NCBI GenBank assembly: GCA_963794945.1
Contig: CAWCFT010000009.1
Span: forward strand, 1 to 64,000
DNA from: Endomicrobiales bacterium
Lineage (GTDB): Bacteria > Elusimicrobiota > Endomicrobiia > Endomicrobiales > CAWCFT01
Direction: 5' to 3'
Length of the DNA: 64,000 nucleotides
In this document: in pieces, positions 51,566 to 63,945 of the stretch
Layout: every line of letters begins with the position of its first letter
Numbering within the stretch: the stretch's first letter is position 1
The notes under the pieces: model-generated
Seen by the model: only the letters and a program-made list of their open reading frames with translations
Told to the model about the DNA's origin: nothing
Databases searched by the model: none
Program-made: the position numbers and the translations under genes

Positions 51566-54500
51566 TCAATCCTCAGAGTTCGCTGACTGCGCCGGTATTC
51601 CCTGCCAGCGGGTATTAGCAGGCAATACCTCGCCTTTCATCATCAATGACAGGTCATCAAGGATGCTACCATCTTCCATCCTGCAATTATAGAGAACTGT
51701 GGACATGCTCCCAACACTTGTCCGTGAGGCGATCGATACAGGCCCCATTTTGATAACTCTGTCCTCAAACAAATGCGTCTGTAAATTAGCGTTCTCGTTC
51801 AAGGCGACGTCATCGCCGATATCAATAAGGTCGAATTCAGTATACCAGGTTGAATCGATATAACATCTCCTGCCTATCCGCATGCCGAAAAGCCTTAGCG
51901 CCCAGGAAATAAAAGGCGTGCCGCGCAGCATGGTCAGGAAAAAATGTTCGCAAAAATTGGAATAGACGGCGTTTATCAGGTCATTGCGCCAGACAAACGG
52001 GCTCCAGAGCGGCCTTTCCTGCGGTTTATAGCGGCCCGCGATGACCCATTTAAGCAGGACCGTTATTCCTATCCCCAAAACGCCAGCTGCCGCGTAAAGG
52101 ATCGGCAGAAGCAGCAGCCAGTGATTTAAATGAATATAATCCTGAAGTATATCGGTTGCCGTAATGATCAGCGAAGCAAGAACGATAAAGATCGTCGACG
52201 GTAAAAATACGCGGAATATCTCGATGAACATCCTTGTAGCCACAAGCTTGCGCGTGGGGCGGTATGTGGTCGACTCATGAAAATACTCGCCCTTGTAGCG
52301 CTGCGGCATGGCTATCGCCGGCGACCCGAACCAGCTTGTCCCGGCAGGCACGGGTTTTCCATCGTTATCCGGCGACTTTGACATTAAACCGATAAGGACA
52401 TTATCTTCCAGCGAAGTTCCGGAAGGGATAACCGCGCTGTTGCCGAGAAAAACCCGTTTTCCGGTCTTAACCTCATCTATCGTGACCCAGCCGCCGCTCA
52501 CTTCCGGCGCGCCGATAAGCGCGAGGTCCGCTATCATGCTTTCATCGCCCAGTATAAGAAGGTCGGGCTGGATAAGTTCCACGGCGGCTGATCTCCACGC
52601 GTTTGCCGATGCGCGCGCCCAGGGAGCGCAACCATGGGGCCGCGTAAAGCGTTTCGTATAACGACTCCGTCACATCGGTGCTCATGGTCATAAGCTGGTT
52701 GAAGAACCAGGTTTTTACATACCAGAAGCTATAGACCGGATACCGCCCGGGCTTAAGCCGCCCGACAAGCAGCCATTTGCACAGCCACAGCTCCACGCTA
52801 AGGAAAATAACGAACGAAACCGCTATCAGGGGAGCGGCAAACAGAAAGGAATAACCCTCCGCGGCGTGGCCCAGCTCAGTTATAACCATTATTCCCGGCA
52901 TTACCGCCGCGGTAATTACCAGGGGGAAAAGAAATATGCCTAAACCATAGACCAGCCACGACCTCTTGCTCCATGGTTTCATGGATGCCCCCGCTTGTCT
53001 TGCGCCAACGGGTTTGGCCGGCGACCCGTTCCAAACTTTTCCTGCGGCTATCCGCTCGCCGGAGGCAAGCACGGAAAGGTCGTCAAGGCAGGACCCGTCT
53101 TCCATCACGTTATCGCCGCCAAGCACGCAGCGGTTGCCGACGTAACAGCGCGAGCCGATCGTCACGCAGGCCAAATGAAGGATACCGTTGTAAACGGATA
53201 CTCCGTCTACCGAACTGTTAAGCCCGATACTGGAGCCGTCGCCGATAGTCAAAAGGTCAAACGAAGCAAGGCCGTGCGAGGCTATATAAACGTCCCTGCC
53301 GATCCTTGCGCCCATAAGATTGTAATATAAATTGAGAAAAGGAGTTCCGTCAAGATAATGCACGGGCGCGGCCCGCACGACCGCGCGCACAAGCCAGTAA
53401 CGAAAATAGAACCAGCCCCAGAGCGGATACTTTCCGGGCTTCATTTTGCCCAGCAAAGCCCATTTTAAAATTATTGAAAGGACCAGCGTAAAGGGCGTTA
53501 TAAGGAACAGAACTATGATGGAAACGGCCAGGCAGGTCTTTACGGGCCAATCCGCCACGGCAAGATAGCCGTAAGTCAAAAAAGGCCCCAGCCATTGCGT
53601 TATGTTGATCCCGCATAAAAACAGCACGCCGAAAGCCTGGCCGATCGAACAAAACGTGTAAGCCAAACGAGACACCGGACGGAAGGTATCGGTTTTTCCG
53701 GAAACTTTCTTTTCGGTGCGCTTTTTGTTTTCAAGCAGGCGGCACAATTTTTCCACGCTGGGGGCGTTATAAATATCACCCACCGAAACATGGGCAAACG
53801 CTTCGTTCTTGCGCAGTTCGGAAACAACCATTGCCGCGAGCAGGGAGTGGCCGTCGAGGTCAAGAAAAAAATCATCCGTTACTGAAATATCGGGGCGCTT
53901 TAATATCTTTTTCCAGGCAGAAACGACGGCTTCTTCCGCGTCCGTACGCGGGGCGGCATAAGTGCGGTTATTTTTCCCGACAACTGCTTTAGGGGCAGGA
54001 AGCCTGGCCCTGTCGATCTTGCCCGATGAAGTCAAGGGTAATGTGTCGATCTTCTCAATAAACGCGGGCACCATGTAATCTGGAAGTTTTTTGGAAAGAT
54101 ATTCCCTCACCATTGCGCGGTCAAGGGCCTGCCCGGAACGCAGCACGACCCAGGCCGCCAGCTGGTCCGTAGCTTTATGAACATCCACTGCCGCCGCCTG
54201 GATTGCAGGGATTTCGGATAAAACAGCTTCTATCTCCCCGCGTTCGATGCGGTAACCACGGACCTTAACCTGATCGTCAAGCCTGCCGAGAAATTCAAGG
54301 TTATCGTCAGGCAAATACCTCGCCTTGTCTCCGGAATGATATATCCGAACGGGAGCCCCATCGTTATCGGTCATAGTTGTAAATTTCTTTTGTGTAAGTT
54401 CAGGCTGTCCGAGATAGCCGCGGACAACGCCTGTGCCCGCGATACAAAGCTCGCCTGCTTCTCCCCGGGGAACTGGTTTTCCCGCTGCATCAAGCATATA

Positions 54501-55457
54501 TACCTGATATCCGGCAATAGGCCGCCCGATAGTAACAGGTTTCCCCGGCTCAAGCAGGGCCGCGGTTGTAATAACCGTGGCCTCGGTAGGGCCGTATGTG
54601 TTAAATATCTTTCTGCCGGGCTTATACCAGCGGGCGGGAAGCGTTGGAGGACATTCCTCCCCCCCAAAGATCAGCATGCGTAAGGTGGAGATATCCTTAT
54701 CCAGCATTGATATATAGGTCGGAACGCAGGAAAGGACTGTAATGCCAAGGCGTTCAAGATGTTCGGAAAAATCGGGGCCGGACCTGATAATATCCGGAGT
54801 GCCGGCGATCAATGCCGCTCCATTGGCAAACGCCATCCAGATCTCTTCTATCGAAGCGTCGAAAGCGGGTGAAGCGAATTGAAATATCCTGTCTTCGGGT
54901 TTTATGCCATAAATATTACTTTCTGTCTCGACAAGGCTTACCACATTTCTGTGCTCTACCATCACGCCTTTAGGGCGGCCCGTGGTCCCGGACGTGTATA
55001 TCACATAACAGAGATTTTCTGGATTAACCCCGGTTTCAGCCGTGGGTATCCGCGATGCGGGTTCTGATAAAGCCTCAGGAATTATTTTTTCTAAATATAA
55101 TATTTTGGCTTTATTGCTAACTTTGGCCGCAAGCTCATTGGTTGTAATAATGAATTTAATATCGGCATCATCCAGGATATAATTAATTCTTTCTATCGGT
55201 GTTTCGGGGTCAAGAGGCAGGTACGCGGCTCCGGCTTTTAGAACCGCAAGCATGGAACAATAAAGCCATTCATTCCTTGGTAAAAGTATAGCTATGCGCA
55301 CCTCAGGCTTTGCGCCATGTTTTTGGAAAATATGAGCAAGCCTGTTGGCATTTTTTTCTATCGTTCCATAAATAAAAACTGATTCGCCGCACTGCACGGC
55401 TGCCTTGTCAGGAAATAAACGCGCGCTTTTCTCGAAATATTCATGAAGTAGTTGCAT
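51566..55457 (-). CDS. Pls/PosA-family NRPS-like amino-acid homopolymer synthetase (A-T-TM plus 3 C-terminal repeats); frameshift near 52585
   Basis: A domain YTSGTTGRPKG, YGPTE, SGD. T domain DDFFLDLDGHSL. Three TM/hexapeptide repeat modules (GKYPLWG, GARIG, LQTHLFEDR). Confidence 0.9.
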
Positions 55458-55678
55458 TATTTCTCCATTAGTTAGACATTGATCCTACCTTTAAAGTTTC
55501 GCTGCGATATAAGCGCGGATGGCATCAATGTCCCTGGCGTAATCCTTAAACGGGATAGCGGTATAAACAAGCAAGGCATCCTCACTTGCGGTTCGGATGC
55601 CTTAACGGCTGCTGCATAACCGGTTAACTAATTGAATTATACAAGATTCAAACGGTAATAACTAATTTGGGCACGGAT

Positions 55679-56701
55679 TTATTTCAGCTTCATTCTGTCT
55701 GCCTGATACATGTTGTAGTGCTTTTCTATCATCTCCGGAATAGACAGGTTATAGGGGCAGCGTTTTACGCACACACCGCATTTGATGCACTTTTTTACTG
55801 ATTCCATTGCGTTACCCAGGAAGTCAACCGCGACTTTAGGCGATGTTCTATGGAGCATAACAGGATACCCCATAGCCGGAGTGATCGCAACGCCGTTCGG
55901 GCATGGCTGGCAATATTCGCAGCGGCGGCAAAACCGTTGACCCAGGCGGCTGCGGTATTCTTCCATCGTTTTGATGTCGGCTTCCTCAATCACATTCGGC
56001 CTGGTATAGATGTCCACAATACTGTCTATCGATTCTGCAGAATCACAGCCTGGTATGGCGACAGCTTCTGGATACTGCCTCAAGTATTTAAAGGCGAGCT
56101 CCGCGTTATCTATCGCCCCGCCGCCAAAGGGCTTCATGCAGATAAACCCAATTTTAAGCCCGCGCGCGGCCTCATATAAGCTGACGGCTTCGGTTTCTAT
56201 CAGGTTGAAAGGGAACTGGACGGTAGAAAATAACCCGGTCTTGACCAGCTTAAGGGCCATCTTCAAACTATGTGAAGTAACACCGAGGAAACGTATCTTC
56301 CCTTCCTTTCGCGCCTTGGCTGCCGCCTCAAGCCCTCCTCCTGCGCCGGTGAGCGTTTCCCAGTCCTTCTCTTGTGACACCTGGTGCATCTGGTACAGGT
56401 CTATGTGATCGGTTTTCAGCATCCGCAGGCTGTTGTCCAGTTGATCCATGACACCCGCGGCATCGCGTTTTGTAGTTTTTGTAGCGATTATCACTTTATC
56501 GCGCATACCAGTGAAGGCGATGCCCATCTTTTCCTCACTGTCACAGTACGCGTTGGCTGAGTCGTAGAATGTTATTCCTTTGTCGAACGCATGCCGGAGC
56601 ACCTTTACCGCGTCTATCTTCTCCAGCCGCATGATAGGTATGCCCCCGAACCCCAGCTCCGATATTATTAACCCTGTTTTACCAAGTTCTTTATACTTCA
56701 T
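55679..56701 (-). CDS. Aldo/keto reductase with C-terminal Fe-S motifs
   Basis: LGKTGL, GFGG, DSANAY, IATK, then CRRCEYCQPCP and CIKCGVCVKRCPY. Confidence 0.9.
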   Translation of the reverse strand: MKYKELGKTGLIISELGFGGIPIMRLEKIDAVKVLRHAFDKGITFYDSANAYCDSEEKMGIAFTGMRDKVIIATKTTKRDAAGVMDQLDNSLRMLKTDHIDLYQMHQVSQEKDWETLTGAGGGLEAAAKARKEGKIRFLGVTSHSLKMALKLVKTGLFSTVQFPFNLIETEAVSLYEAARGLKIGFICMKPFGGGAIDNAELAFKYLRQYPEAVAIPGCDSAESIDSIVDIYTRPNVIEEADIKTMEEYRSRLGQRFCRRCEYCQPCPNGVAITPAMGYPVMLHRTSPKVAVDFLGNAMESVKKCIKCGVCVKRCPYNLSIPEMIEKHYNMYQADRMKLK

Positions 56702-56735
56702 GCTTAACTCCCACAAATCTTATTGCCAATCCGGA

Positions 56736-57224
56736 CTAATTATTTGCCGGTTTTCCTAAAAATACTTTCAATTTATCTAACTGCTGAGTGAACCCAGCTT
56801 GCATGCCCTGGACAGCCATCCCGGCCTCAGGTCCGGTTTTGTGTATAGCTGCTCTAAGCTTTAGTTTAGTCCTGGCGCCATCCTTGGCCAATACAAGTTC
56901 TGTTGACTGTTCTATTGTGGTTTCCTTTTCTTTCCCTTCGGTCCAGGCCTTTGCTGTATACAAAAGCTTTTCGTTAGGCTCAACAACGGTAAAGTTTCCA
57001 AGCATTGGCCATTTAGTGCCTTTGTACGGACCCATCGCTTCTCCCGCTTCCATAACTATGTAAATTTTGCCCCCAACCCGCAAGTCAACTTCGCATTCTG
57101 GAATAGTAACATTATTCGGCCCCCACCATTGCTTAATTAAGCCGGGCGTGGTCCAGGCCTGCCAGACTGTTTCAGGCGAGGCGTCATATGTTCTTTCAAA
57201 TACTACTTCTTTAATCGGTTCCAT
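56736..57224 (-). CDS. SRPBCC (AHA1-like) domain protein
   Basis: ERTYDASPETVWQAWT, WWGP, DLRVGG. Confidence 0.88.
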   Translation of the reverse strand: MEPIKEVVFERTYDASPETVWQAWTTPGLIKQWWGPNNVTIPECEVDLRVGGKIYIVMEAGEAMGPYKGTKWPMLGNFTVVEPNEKLLYTAKAWTEGKEKETTIEQSTELVLAKDGARTKLKLRAAIHKTGPEAGMAVQGMQAGFTQQLDKLKVFLGKPANN

Positions 57225-57225
57225 A

Positions 57226-58107
57226 TTAATCTCCTTTCTTGCGTTCGTCTTTTCCAGTAAAAAAATGCATCATTACGGGTTTTGGTTTAACTCTGGAAGT
57301 TATGCCTTTAAGATAAACTTTATATTCCGGCACTAACTCTTTGACAAATTTTATCATTGACGCGAAATCATTGGCAGGATGATAACAGGTTATCGCCATT
57401 TTGGGTTTATGTTTTACTATTATATTTTTCGCCCCGGACAAGACTTCGGATTCGTACCCTTCAACATCCATCTTTATATAATCGACCTTGCTTTCACTCG
57501 TAAGGAGTTCATCTGCTGTAATCATCTTGCAAACAGCGCCTGATTCTGAAATCTCGCTTAGCACTCCAGCATCGGTTATCTTTACATCGCCGTTTTTTGA
57601 GCCGAGAGCCACATCGTGCAACATTACCTTCCCTGATGCCGTATATTCCAGAAATGTCCTGTTTAAAGCTCCAAACAATTTATGGTTTGGCTCTACAAGT
57701 ATTATTTTACCGCACCGGTTGACGATATTTAACGAAAAGAGCCCCTCGGCCGCCCCAATGTCTAATACTACGTCGCTTGCACCTACCCTTGTAAAAGGAT
57801 GTTCATAGAAATGCCAATCATGCCTGTCAAAGGTTTCACCTATTATAAGGTACAAGCCTTCAATATCACATTCCGCCGGCCAGTAAAGGTGATCTTTCAG
57901 GCCCTTTATTGAAACCTTCTTAAAACCATTCGATATCTCGATTGAAGTGATCCTGTTTAAAGCTTTCTTCCTTCCGGATGCTTTAAAAAGTATCCGTATA
58001 ACTTCATTGAACTTAACTTCATATCTATGTTTAAAAAGCCAGTTTGAAAATATCTTCAGCCTTCTTTTTAAAGATCTAACAGGAATAAGGCTGTTTATTG
58101 ATATCAT
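57226..58107 (-). CDS. FkbM family methyltransferase
   Basis: VLDIGAAEG, EPN, IKMDVEGYE, ITCYH. Confidence 0.88.
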   Translation of the reverse strand: MISINSLIPVRSLKRRLKIFSNWLFKHRYEVKFNEVIRILFKASGRKKALNRITSIEISNGFKKVSIKGLKDHLYWPAECDIEGLYLIIGETFDRHDWHFYEHPFTRVGASDVVLDIGAAEGLFSLNIVNRCGKIILVEPNHKLFGALNRTFLEYTASGKVMLHDVALGSKNGDVKITDAGVLSEISESGAVCKMITADELLTSESKVDYIKMDVEGYESEVLSGAKNIIVKHKPKMAITCYHPANDFASMIKFVKELVPEYKVYLKGITSRVKPKPVMMHFFTGKDERKKGD

Positions 58108-58142
58108 ATTATTTCAAACTTCCATTTTCGCATATCCCTGCG

Positions 58143-58784
58143 CTATCTTTTCGCAGTTGCGAGGAATACGGAAAAAGTGTTTGTTTTTCCGTTAGCGGAA
58201 GGCTTGGATATTCTTCTTGCGGTGAAAAACCGCACGTCTTTAAAGCCTGCCTGAACCAGCATTTTTTTGAAATCTTCACGGCCAAACCCGTTATGAAAAA
58301 CACCGGTTGCATCTTCATGGAACTTACCGTTGTCGGGCTCCAGGTCAGCGATCGCCAGCGAGCCTGCTTTGTCAAGCACATTATAAAACTGTTTTAACAA
58401 CCCTGCTGGGTCTTTTATGTGGTGCAAGGCCATGCTGGAAGTTACAAGGTTGTAAGAGCCGGACAGAACACCGTTATTTTCCACATCTACAAGCTCCGCC
58501 CTGGTATTGCCGAAACCGAGCTTTTTAATTTTGCCGTTAAAAACATCCAGCATGCCTTGCGAGTTGTCAGTGCCGGTAACAGAATTTACAAAAGGCGCAA
58601 GTTTGAAAGAAAGTATCCCCGTGCCGCAGCCGAAGTCCAGCACATCCATTTTATCCGTGAGCTTCACGCGGGCTATAATTGAATCGCCAATATCCGTAGT
58701 TATTTTTCCTTTCATGGGGTTTTCGTCCCACAAAGCTGCTTCCTTGCTGAAATCACGTATTTCTGTAACCATTCCGACCTCCAA
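58143..58784 (-). CDS. Class I SAM-dependent methyltransferase
   Basis: WDENP, LDFGCGTG, SSMALHH, HNGF. Confidence 0.88.
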   Translation of the reverse strand: MEVGMVTEIRDFSKEAALWDENPMKGKITTDIGDSIIARVKLTDKMDVLDFGCGTGILSFKLAPFVNSVTGTDNSQGMLDVFNGKIKKLGFGNTRAELVDVENNGVLSGSYNLVTSSMALHHIKDPAGLLKQFYNVLDKAGSLAIADLEPDNGKFHEDATGVFHNGFGREDFKKMLVQAGFKDVRFFTARRISKPSANGKTNTFSVFLATAKR

Positions 58785-58798
58785 TTCATTGTCGATCT

Positions 58799-59176
58799 TT
58801 ATCTCTCCGAATATTTTAGAAATTGCTTTATTTGGGACATAAAAGTATCCGGATTGATCGGCTTTTCAAGATACCCGCTGAAACCCATGCTCATGGCCTT
58901 TTCACGGTCTCCCGGCATCGCGAAAGAGGTTACGGCAACGACCGGAATAACGCTGGTAGCGGGGTCTTTTTTCAACTCGTTGATTACCGTGTAACCATCC
59001 ATCACAGGCAGTTGTATATCAAGCAGTATAAGGTCCGGTTTCTCCGCTATCGCGGTACTTATCCCCTTTTTGCCGTCCACCGCCGCGATCACTTCATACC
59101 CGTTCTTTTCGAGAATAAAAGTTACCAGATAGAGGTTCTGCTCATTGTCTTCTATAACCAGGATCTTTGGTCTCAT
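58799..59176 (-). CDS. Single-domain response regulator (DivK-like)
   Basis: IEDN, DLILLDIQLP, VTSFAMPGDREKA, KP. Confidence 0.92.
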   Translation of the reverse strand: MRPKILVIEDNEQNLYLVTFILEKNGYEVIAAVDGKKGISTAIAEKPDLILLDIQLPVMDGYTVINELKKDPATSVIPVVAVTSFAMPGDREKAMSMGFSGYLEKPINPDTFMSQIKQFLKYSER

Positions 59177-59177
59177 G

Positions 59178-61516
59178 TTACTGCGCCTCCTTTGGCAACG
59201 AAAAACTGAATTTGCTCCCTTTTCCCAGCGCGCTTTCCAGTCTTATTTCCCCTCCGAGCATATCAATAAGCTTTTTGCATATGTAAAGGCCGAGGCCCGT
59301 GCCTTCAAAACGGCGGGTTATACCGTTCTCAGTCTGGTAGAACGGCTTAAACAGTTTCTCAATTTCTTCGCGTGCTATCCCTATGCCGGTATCCGAAACA
59401 GTGACAACGATATTTTTTCCATCCGTTCCGGCCTCAACACGCACTTCGCCTTTGTCCGTGAACTTCACCGCATTGCTCAAGAGGTTAAGGAGTATCTGCT
59501 CGAACCTCTGCCTGTCGCTGTTGATCGTTCCAATATTTTCCGGTACATTCAGCACAAGCGCGATGCTCTTCCTATCGGCAAGCGGTTTTGTACTGGACAC
59601 AGCATTTTCAATTGATTCGTAGATATTAAATGGTCTGCAAAATACGTGCATTTGCCCCGCTTCTATTTTGGAAATGTCCAAGACATCATTTATCAAAGCC
59701 AGCAAATGATTAGCGCTCGATTGCACCATTTTCATCTGTTTCGTTTGTTCTTCGTTGAGCTCGCCCACCAGGTTTTGAAGCATTATGCCCGTAAAACCTA
59801 TTATTGAGTTCAGCGGCGTGCGCAATTCGTGCGACATGGTGGCCAGGAAGGCTGACTTCAGCCGGTCGGACTCTTCTGCGCGGTCTCTCGCAACCGCCAG
59901 TTCAGCCGTGCGTTCCGTTACCCTCTTTTCAAGGTTCGCGTTCAGCTCGCGTATCGCCTCTTCTGCACGCTTTCGTTCAGTTATATCGCGGTTGATCGCC
60001 AGCGAATACCTTTCCCCCTTCAGCTCAAATATTGAAACATTTACTTCCTGGGCGAACTCAGTGCCGTCCTTTCTTCTCCCTCGTGTCTCATAAAAACCGG
60101 GAGCCTCTTTGCCGGCTGCTTCTCAACTTCATGTAGTTCTGATATCTGTTGTTTGTGGCTTGGCGCAACGTGGTCAAGAACAGAAGTTCCTTCAAGTTCT
60201 TTAAAACTTGTATATCCAAATAATTTCACCACAGCTGAGTTTCCAAACACTATAATTCCATTTTTTATAACAATAATAGCATCCCGCGAATTTTCAAAGA
60301 TCGCACGAAACTTGCTCTCGCTTTCTTGTAAAGCCTCTTCAGCCTGCTTGCGCTTGGTAATATCCGTAAGAACGGCGATGCGAGAAGCCCGCCCCTCAAA
60401 ATTAAACCCTTGTGAAAACACTTCGATCGTAATTGCTGTCCCGTCTTTTTTCAGATGATGCCATTCGCCGGCGTAGACATGCCCGTGTAATGTTTTTATT
60501 AAATCCACAAGAGCTTTCTTTTCTGGTTCCGGGTAAAGGTCCGTAAGATGCATCGCCAGGATCTCAGCCTTGCTGTACCCGTATTGCGCCAGAAAAGCGT
60601 CATTTACCGCTAACATATTTAGCGTTGCCGATTCGTATATCAGCATTGGAACGGGACTCTGCTCGAACAAATAACGATAATGCGTTTCACTGTCTTTTAA
60701 CGCTTTTTCAGCCTGTGCGCGTTCAGTGATATCGTGCACCATGCCGATCAGATGGGTACACGCACCGCGGGCATCGAAGACCGGCACAACCGTTACATGC
60801 CCGATCTTCTTGCCCATAGGATATTCCGACACTTCTTCCCATTGAGCGGGCAGCCTGCTCTGTATGGCTTCGCGGTATTTTTGAAAAACAATATCGTGCG
60901 AAGGCTGGGGAATGACGTCCCTTACAAGCTTGCCGACGATACGGTTCTCCGGCAGGCCTGTTATATCCAGAAACCGGCGATTGACCAGGGTGAAGCGGAA
61001 ATTGTCGTTAGGTTCAACAGCTACCGCGAAAACGACATCTGAAACGTTATTGAGTATCAACGAAAGCTGGGTTTCACTCTCTTTTAACTTCTCCCCCACT
61101 TGTTTGAGTTCGGTGATATCTATCCCAACGCTTTGGATTTCCTCTACCTTGCCGTTGACATCCTTTATTACCCGGTTGGTCCATGCGACATAAACTCGCT
61201 CGCCATTGCGGCGCACGTTCATATTGACGTTGTGCTCGTAGGAAGCGGGGTCAGTAAAGATCTGCTCCATCATCTTGCCCATGTCCCGCCCGTTTTCGTC
61301 AATCGCGGGGACTATGGTGTCCATGACATGCCGGCCTATGATCTCTTCGGCGGAATAACCGAAAAACCTCAGGCCGAAATTGTTAAGGAAAGTGATCTTG
61401 CCGTCATTTGTCCAGTTAAGGATTATGCAGTTGGCGTGCTCAACAAGTTCGCGGTATTTTCGGAGGGCAGTTTCAGCCTCTTCACGTTTAATGGTACTGT
61501 CATCATCTAAAAACAT
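59178..61516 (-). CDS. Cytoplasmic multi-PAS histidine kinase (frameshift near 60125)
   Basis: Four PAS/PAC units. Alternative frame continues YETRGRRKDG...DITERKRAE... into MSHELRTPLNSI and HATPase boxes. Confidence 0.88.
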
Positions 61517-61550
61517 TTTTGCTGTGTTCCCCGCGCGGTTCCAAGTAGGT

Positions 61551-62801
61551 TTATTTTAAAGTAAAATAGAATTTCGCGCCTTCACCCGGCTTTGATTCGG
61601 CCCAAACCTTGCCGCCGTGCCGGTTCACGATCCTTTGAACTATAGCAAGCCCTACGCCTGTGCCTTCAAAATCATCGGCGCTGTGCAGCCTTTGGAACAC
61701 TCCAAAAAGCCTGCCAGCGTATTTCATATCAAATCCCACTCCGTTATCTTTCACGTAATACCGGTTATAATCTTCTATTTTCTCGCCTCCGATCTCTATC
61801 CTGGCTATGTTCTTGCCGGCCGAGAACTTGACGGCATTTGAGATAAGGTTCGTGAAAACCTGGCGGATCATAACAGGATCGCCTTTTGCCGCCGGCAAGT
61901 TGTTAATTATCACTTCTATTTCCCTTCCGGTATAATAGCTTTTCATATCATCCCATACGGCCTTAGCCAGCCCGGCCATATCAATTTCTTCGCTGCTGAT
62001 ATCACTGTGGGCGAGCTGCGAGAAATTCAGCATATCATCAATAAGCTTGTTCATTGTTGTAATATATTTTTTTATTACTCCCATGATCCTTTTTCCTTCA
62101 TCGTCCAGCTGTCCCGAATGGTCTTGCTCGAGAATAGACATAAATCCGTCGATCGCCCTTAATGGGGCTTTAAGGTCATGCGAAACAGAATATGAAAAAG
62201 ATTCCAATTCCTTATTCGCGTCCTGAAGCTGGGCCGTACGAGCCGATACTTTTACCTCAAGGGTTGTGTTCAGTCTCTTTATTTCCTCTGCACTTCGCTG
62301 TTGATCGGCCAGGGACTGCGAAAGTTGAAGCATTTTCGACTCCAGCTTATTAATAAGCACCTCGTTATATTGCTTAAAGAACTTTTCATCGTCTTTCCCG
62401 AGCTCAACAAACGGTTCGATCTTGTGGGTGCGGTTTTTCTCGATGACTGTCAGTAATATTTTAACAAGTTTATCCGGGTCTTCCGGCTTAATGATAAACT
62501 CGTCGGCCCCAAGGTTCAAGGCGAGTTCGCAGTCTTTCTCATCGGTATAAGTGGCGGTGTAGAATACAAATGGTATGTGTTGAAGCGTTTTATCCGATTT
62601 CCACTCGCGGCACAGGGTAAATCCATCCATAACCGGCATCAGTATATCCGAAACAACTATATCCGGAGGATTCTTCCGCGCCAGATTAAGCGCTTCAACT
62701 CCATTTTTTGCAAGGCTTACCTGGTAACCGTGCTTTTTTAACAAGATCTCTATCATATATAGGTTCTGCTCATTGTCATCCACTACCAGTATTGTTGACA
62801 T
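61551..62801 (-). CDS. Receiver-histidine kinase hybrid
   Basis: N-terminal REC (SDILMP), SYSVSHDLKAPLR, DNGVGFD, FQRLH, GTGVGL. Confidence 0.92.
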   Translation of the reverse strand: MSTILVVDDNEQNLYMIEILLKKHGYQVSLAKNGVEALNLARKNPPDIVVSDILMPVMDGFTLCREWKSDKTLQHIPFVFYTATYTDEKDCELALNLGADEFIIKPEDPDKLVKILLTVIEKNRTHKIEPFVELGKDDEKFFKQYNEVLINKLESKMLQLSQSLADQQRSAEEIKRLNTTLEVKVSARTAQLQDANKELESFSYSVSHDLKAPLRAIDGFMSILEQDHSGQLDDEGKRIMGVIKKYITTMNKLIDDMLNFSQLAHSDISSEEIDMAGLAKAVWDDMKSYYTGREIEVIINNLPAAKGDPVMIRQVFTNLISNAVKFSAGKNIARIEIGGEKIEDYNRYYVKDNGVGFDMKYAGRLFGVFQRLHSADDFEGTGVGLAIVQRIVNRHGGKVWAESKPGEGAKFYFTLK

Positions 62802-63128
62802 ATTAGCTATCCTCCAAACTGCTGCAGAAAACGTTAGTCATAAATTAAAAAAGCCCATGTATCCTTGCAAACACTGAGCTCAGTTATTAAGGCCTTAAAT
62901 AGTTCAAACTATTTACAGTTATAAGTTTCCTATGAAAATTAATATAAAAGCGTTTTATGTGTGCACTACGGGCATTCATACTAAGCCCTCCCCGACACAT
63001 ATCATAAACTGCTGACAATATGCAGATCGTACTTCCTGACTTCCACTTAATTTATTGTATACATTCTAGACGGTTTTTGCAAACTTGGGACGACACAATA
63101 CACTGCCTTTAATCAGGACTTTGCCAAT

Positions 63129-63945
63129 TTACGTTATTTTGGTCACAGTTGCGCACATGCACACACCAAAAATGATTATATAACCAGAAATATATATCCA
63201 TAGCATGAGAGTCATAATTCCGCCTACTACCCCGTAGGCAACCGTAAAACTTGTCAAAGAATTTAAATAAATAAGAAACAATGCCTGACAGAACGCTGAG
63301 AAGTATTGTTACGAATAAGGCAGGCAAACATACTTCAGAATATTTTAATTTTCGCCGGGGCGCTATCTTGTAAAAAATACTAATCCCGAAAAACATTACA
63401 AAGAAAGGAATAATGATTGATGTGATCTTATATATAGTAAACAAGCCCGTATGTACTTTAAAATACGCGGCACTGACCAGTCTTGAAACCGCCGGAACCG
63501 TCATTCCTACCAGCGCTATTACGATCATAATTACCAGCATCACGAGGCTTTTTAAGGGCAGTTCCAGCCAATCGTAAACTTTCTCGTCCCATGCCCGCGA
63601 AGCCGTATGTGTAAGTATTTTAATAAAATTGATCGAACTCCAGATAACAACTATTGTCGCCATAATACCCGCCTCTGTATGCACTTTCATAAAATCCACA
63701 ATAGGCTTGAATAACTCATGCCTCACATTTGTAGTAACGGGCAACAAACTCGCTATATACCCAATAACAATGCGCCTTGCGGTAGTTTGATCTATGAACG
63801 TGGAAATTATTGTGGTAAAAAGTATTATCAAAGGGAACAAGGAAAAGAAAGTGTAGTAAGCGAACGCCGCCGCGCGCTGGGCGCCGTCGATATGCGAAAA
63901 CTTCTTTTGTCCGTTTAAAAGTGTTGCCCAGGCTTTTCTGATCAT
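63129..63945 (-). CDS. YihY/BrkB family membrane protein (frameshift near 63245)
   Basis: AAAFAYYTFFSLFPL. Alternative frame gives YGVVGGIMTLMLWIY. Confidence 0.85.

Noticed and set aside
4060..61510. Many long antisense ORFs in the six-frame track (e.g. 4653..5432, 34721..35476, 38665..39474)
   Set aside because: They shadow well-supported genes on the opposite strand and lack domain motifs.
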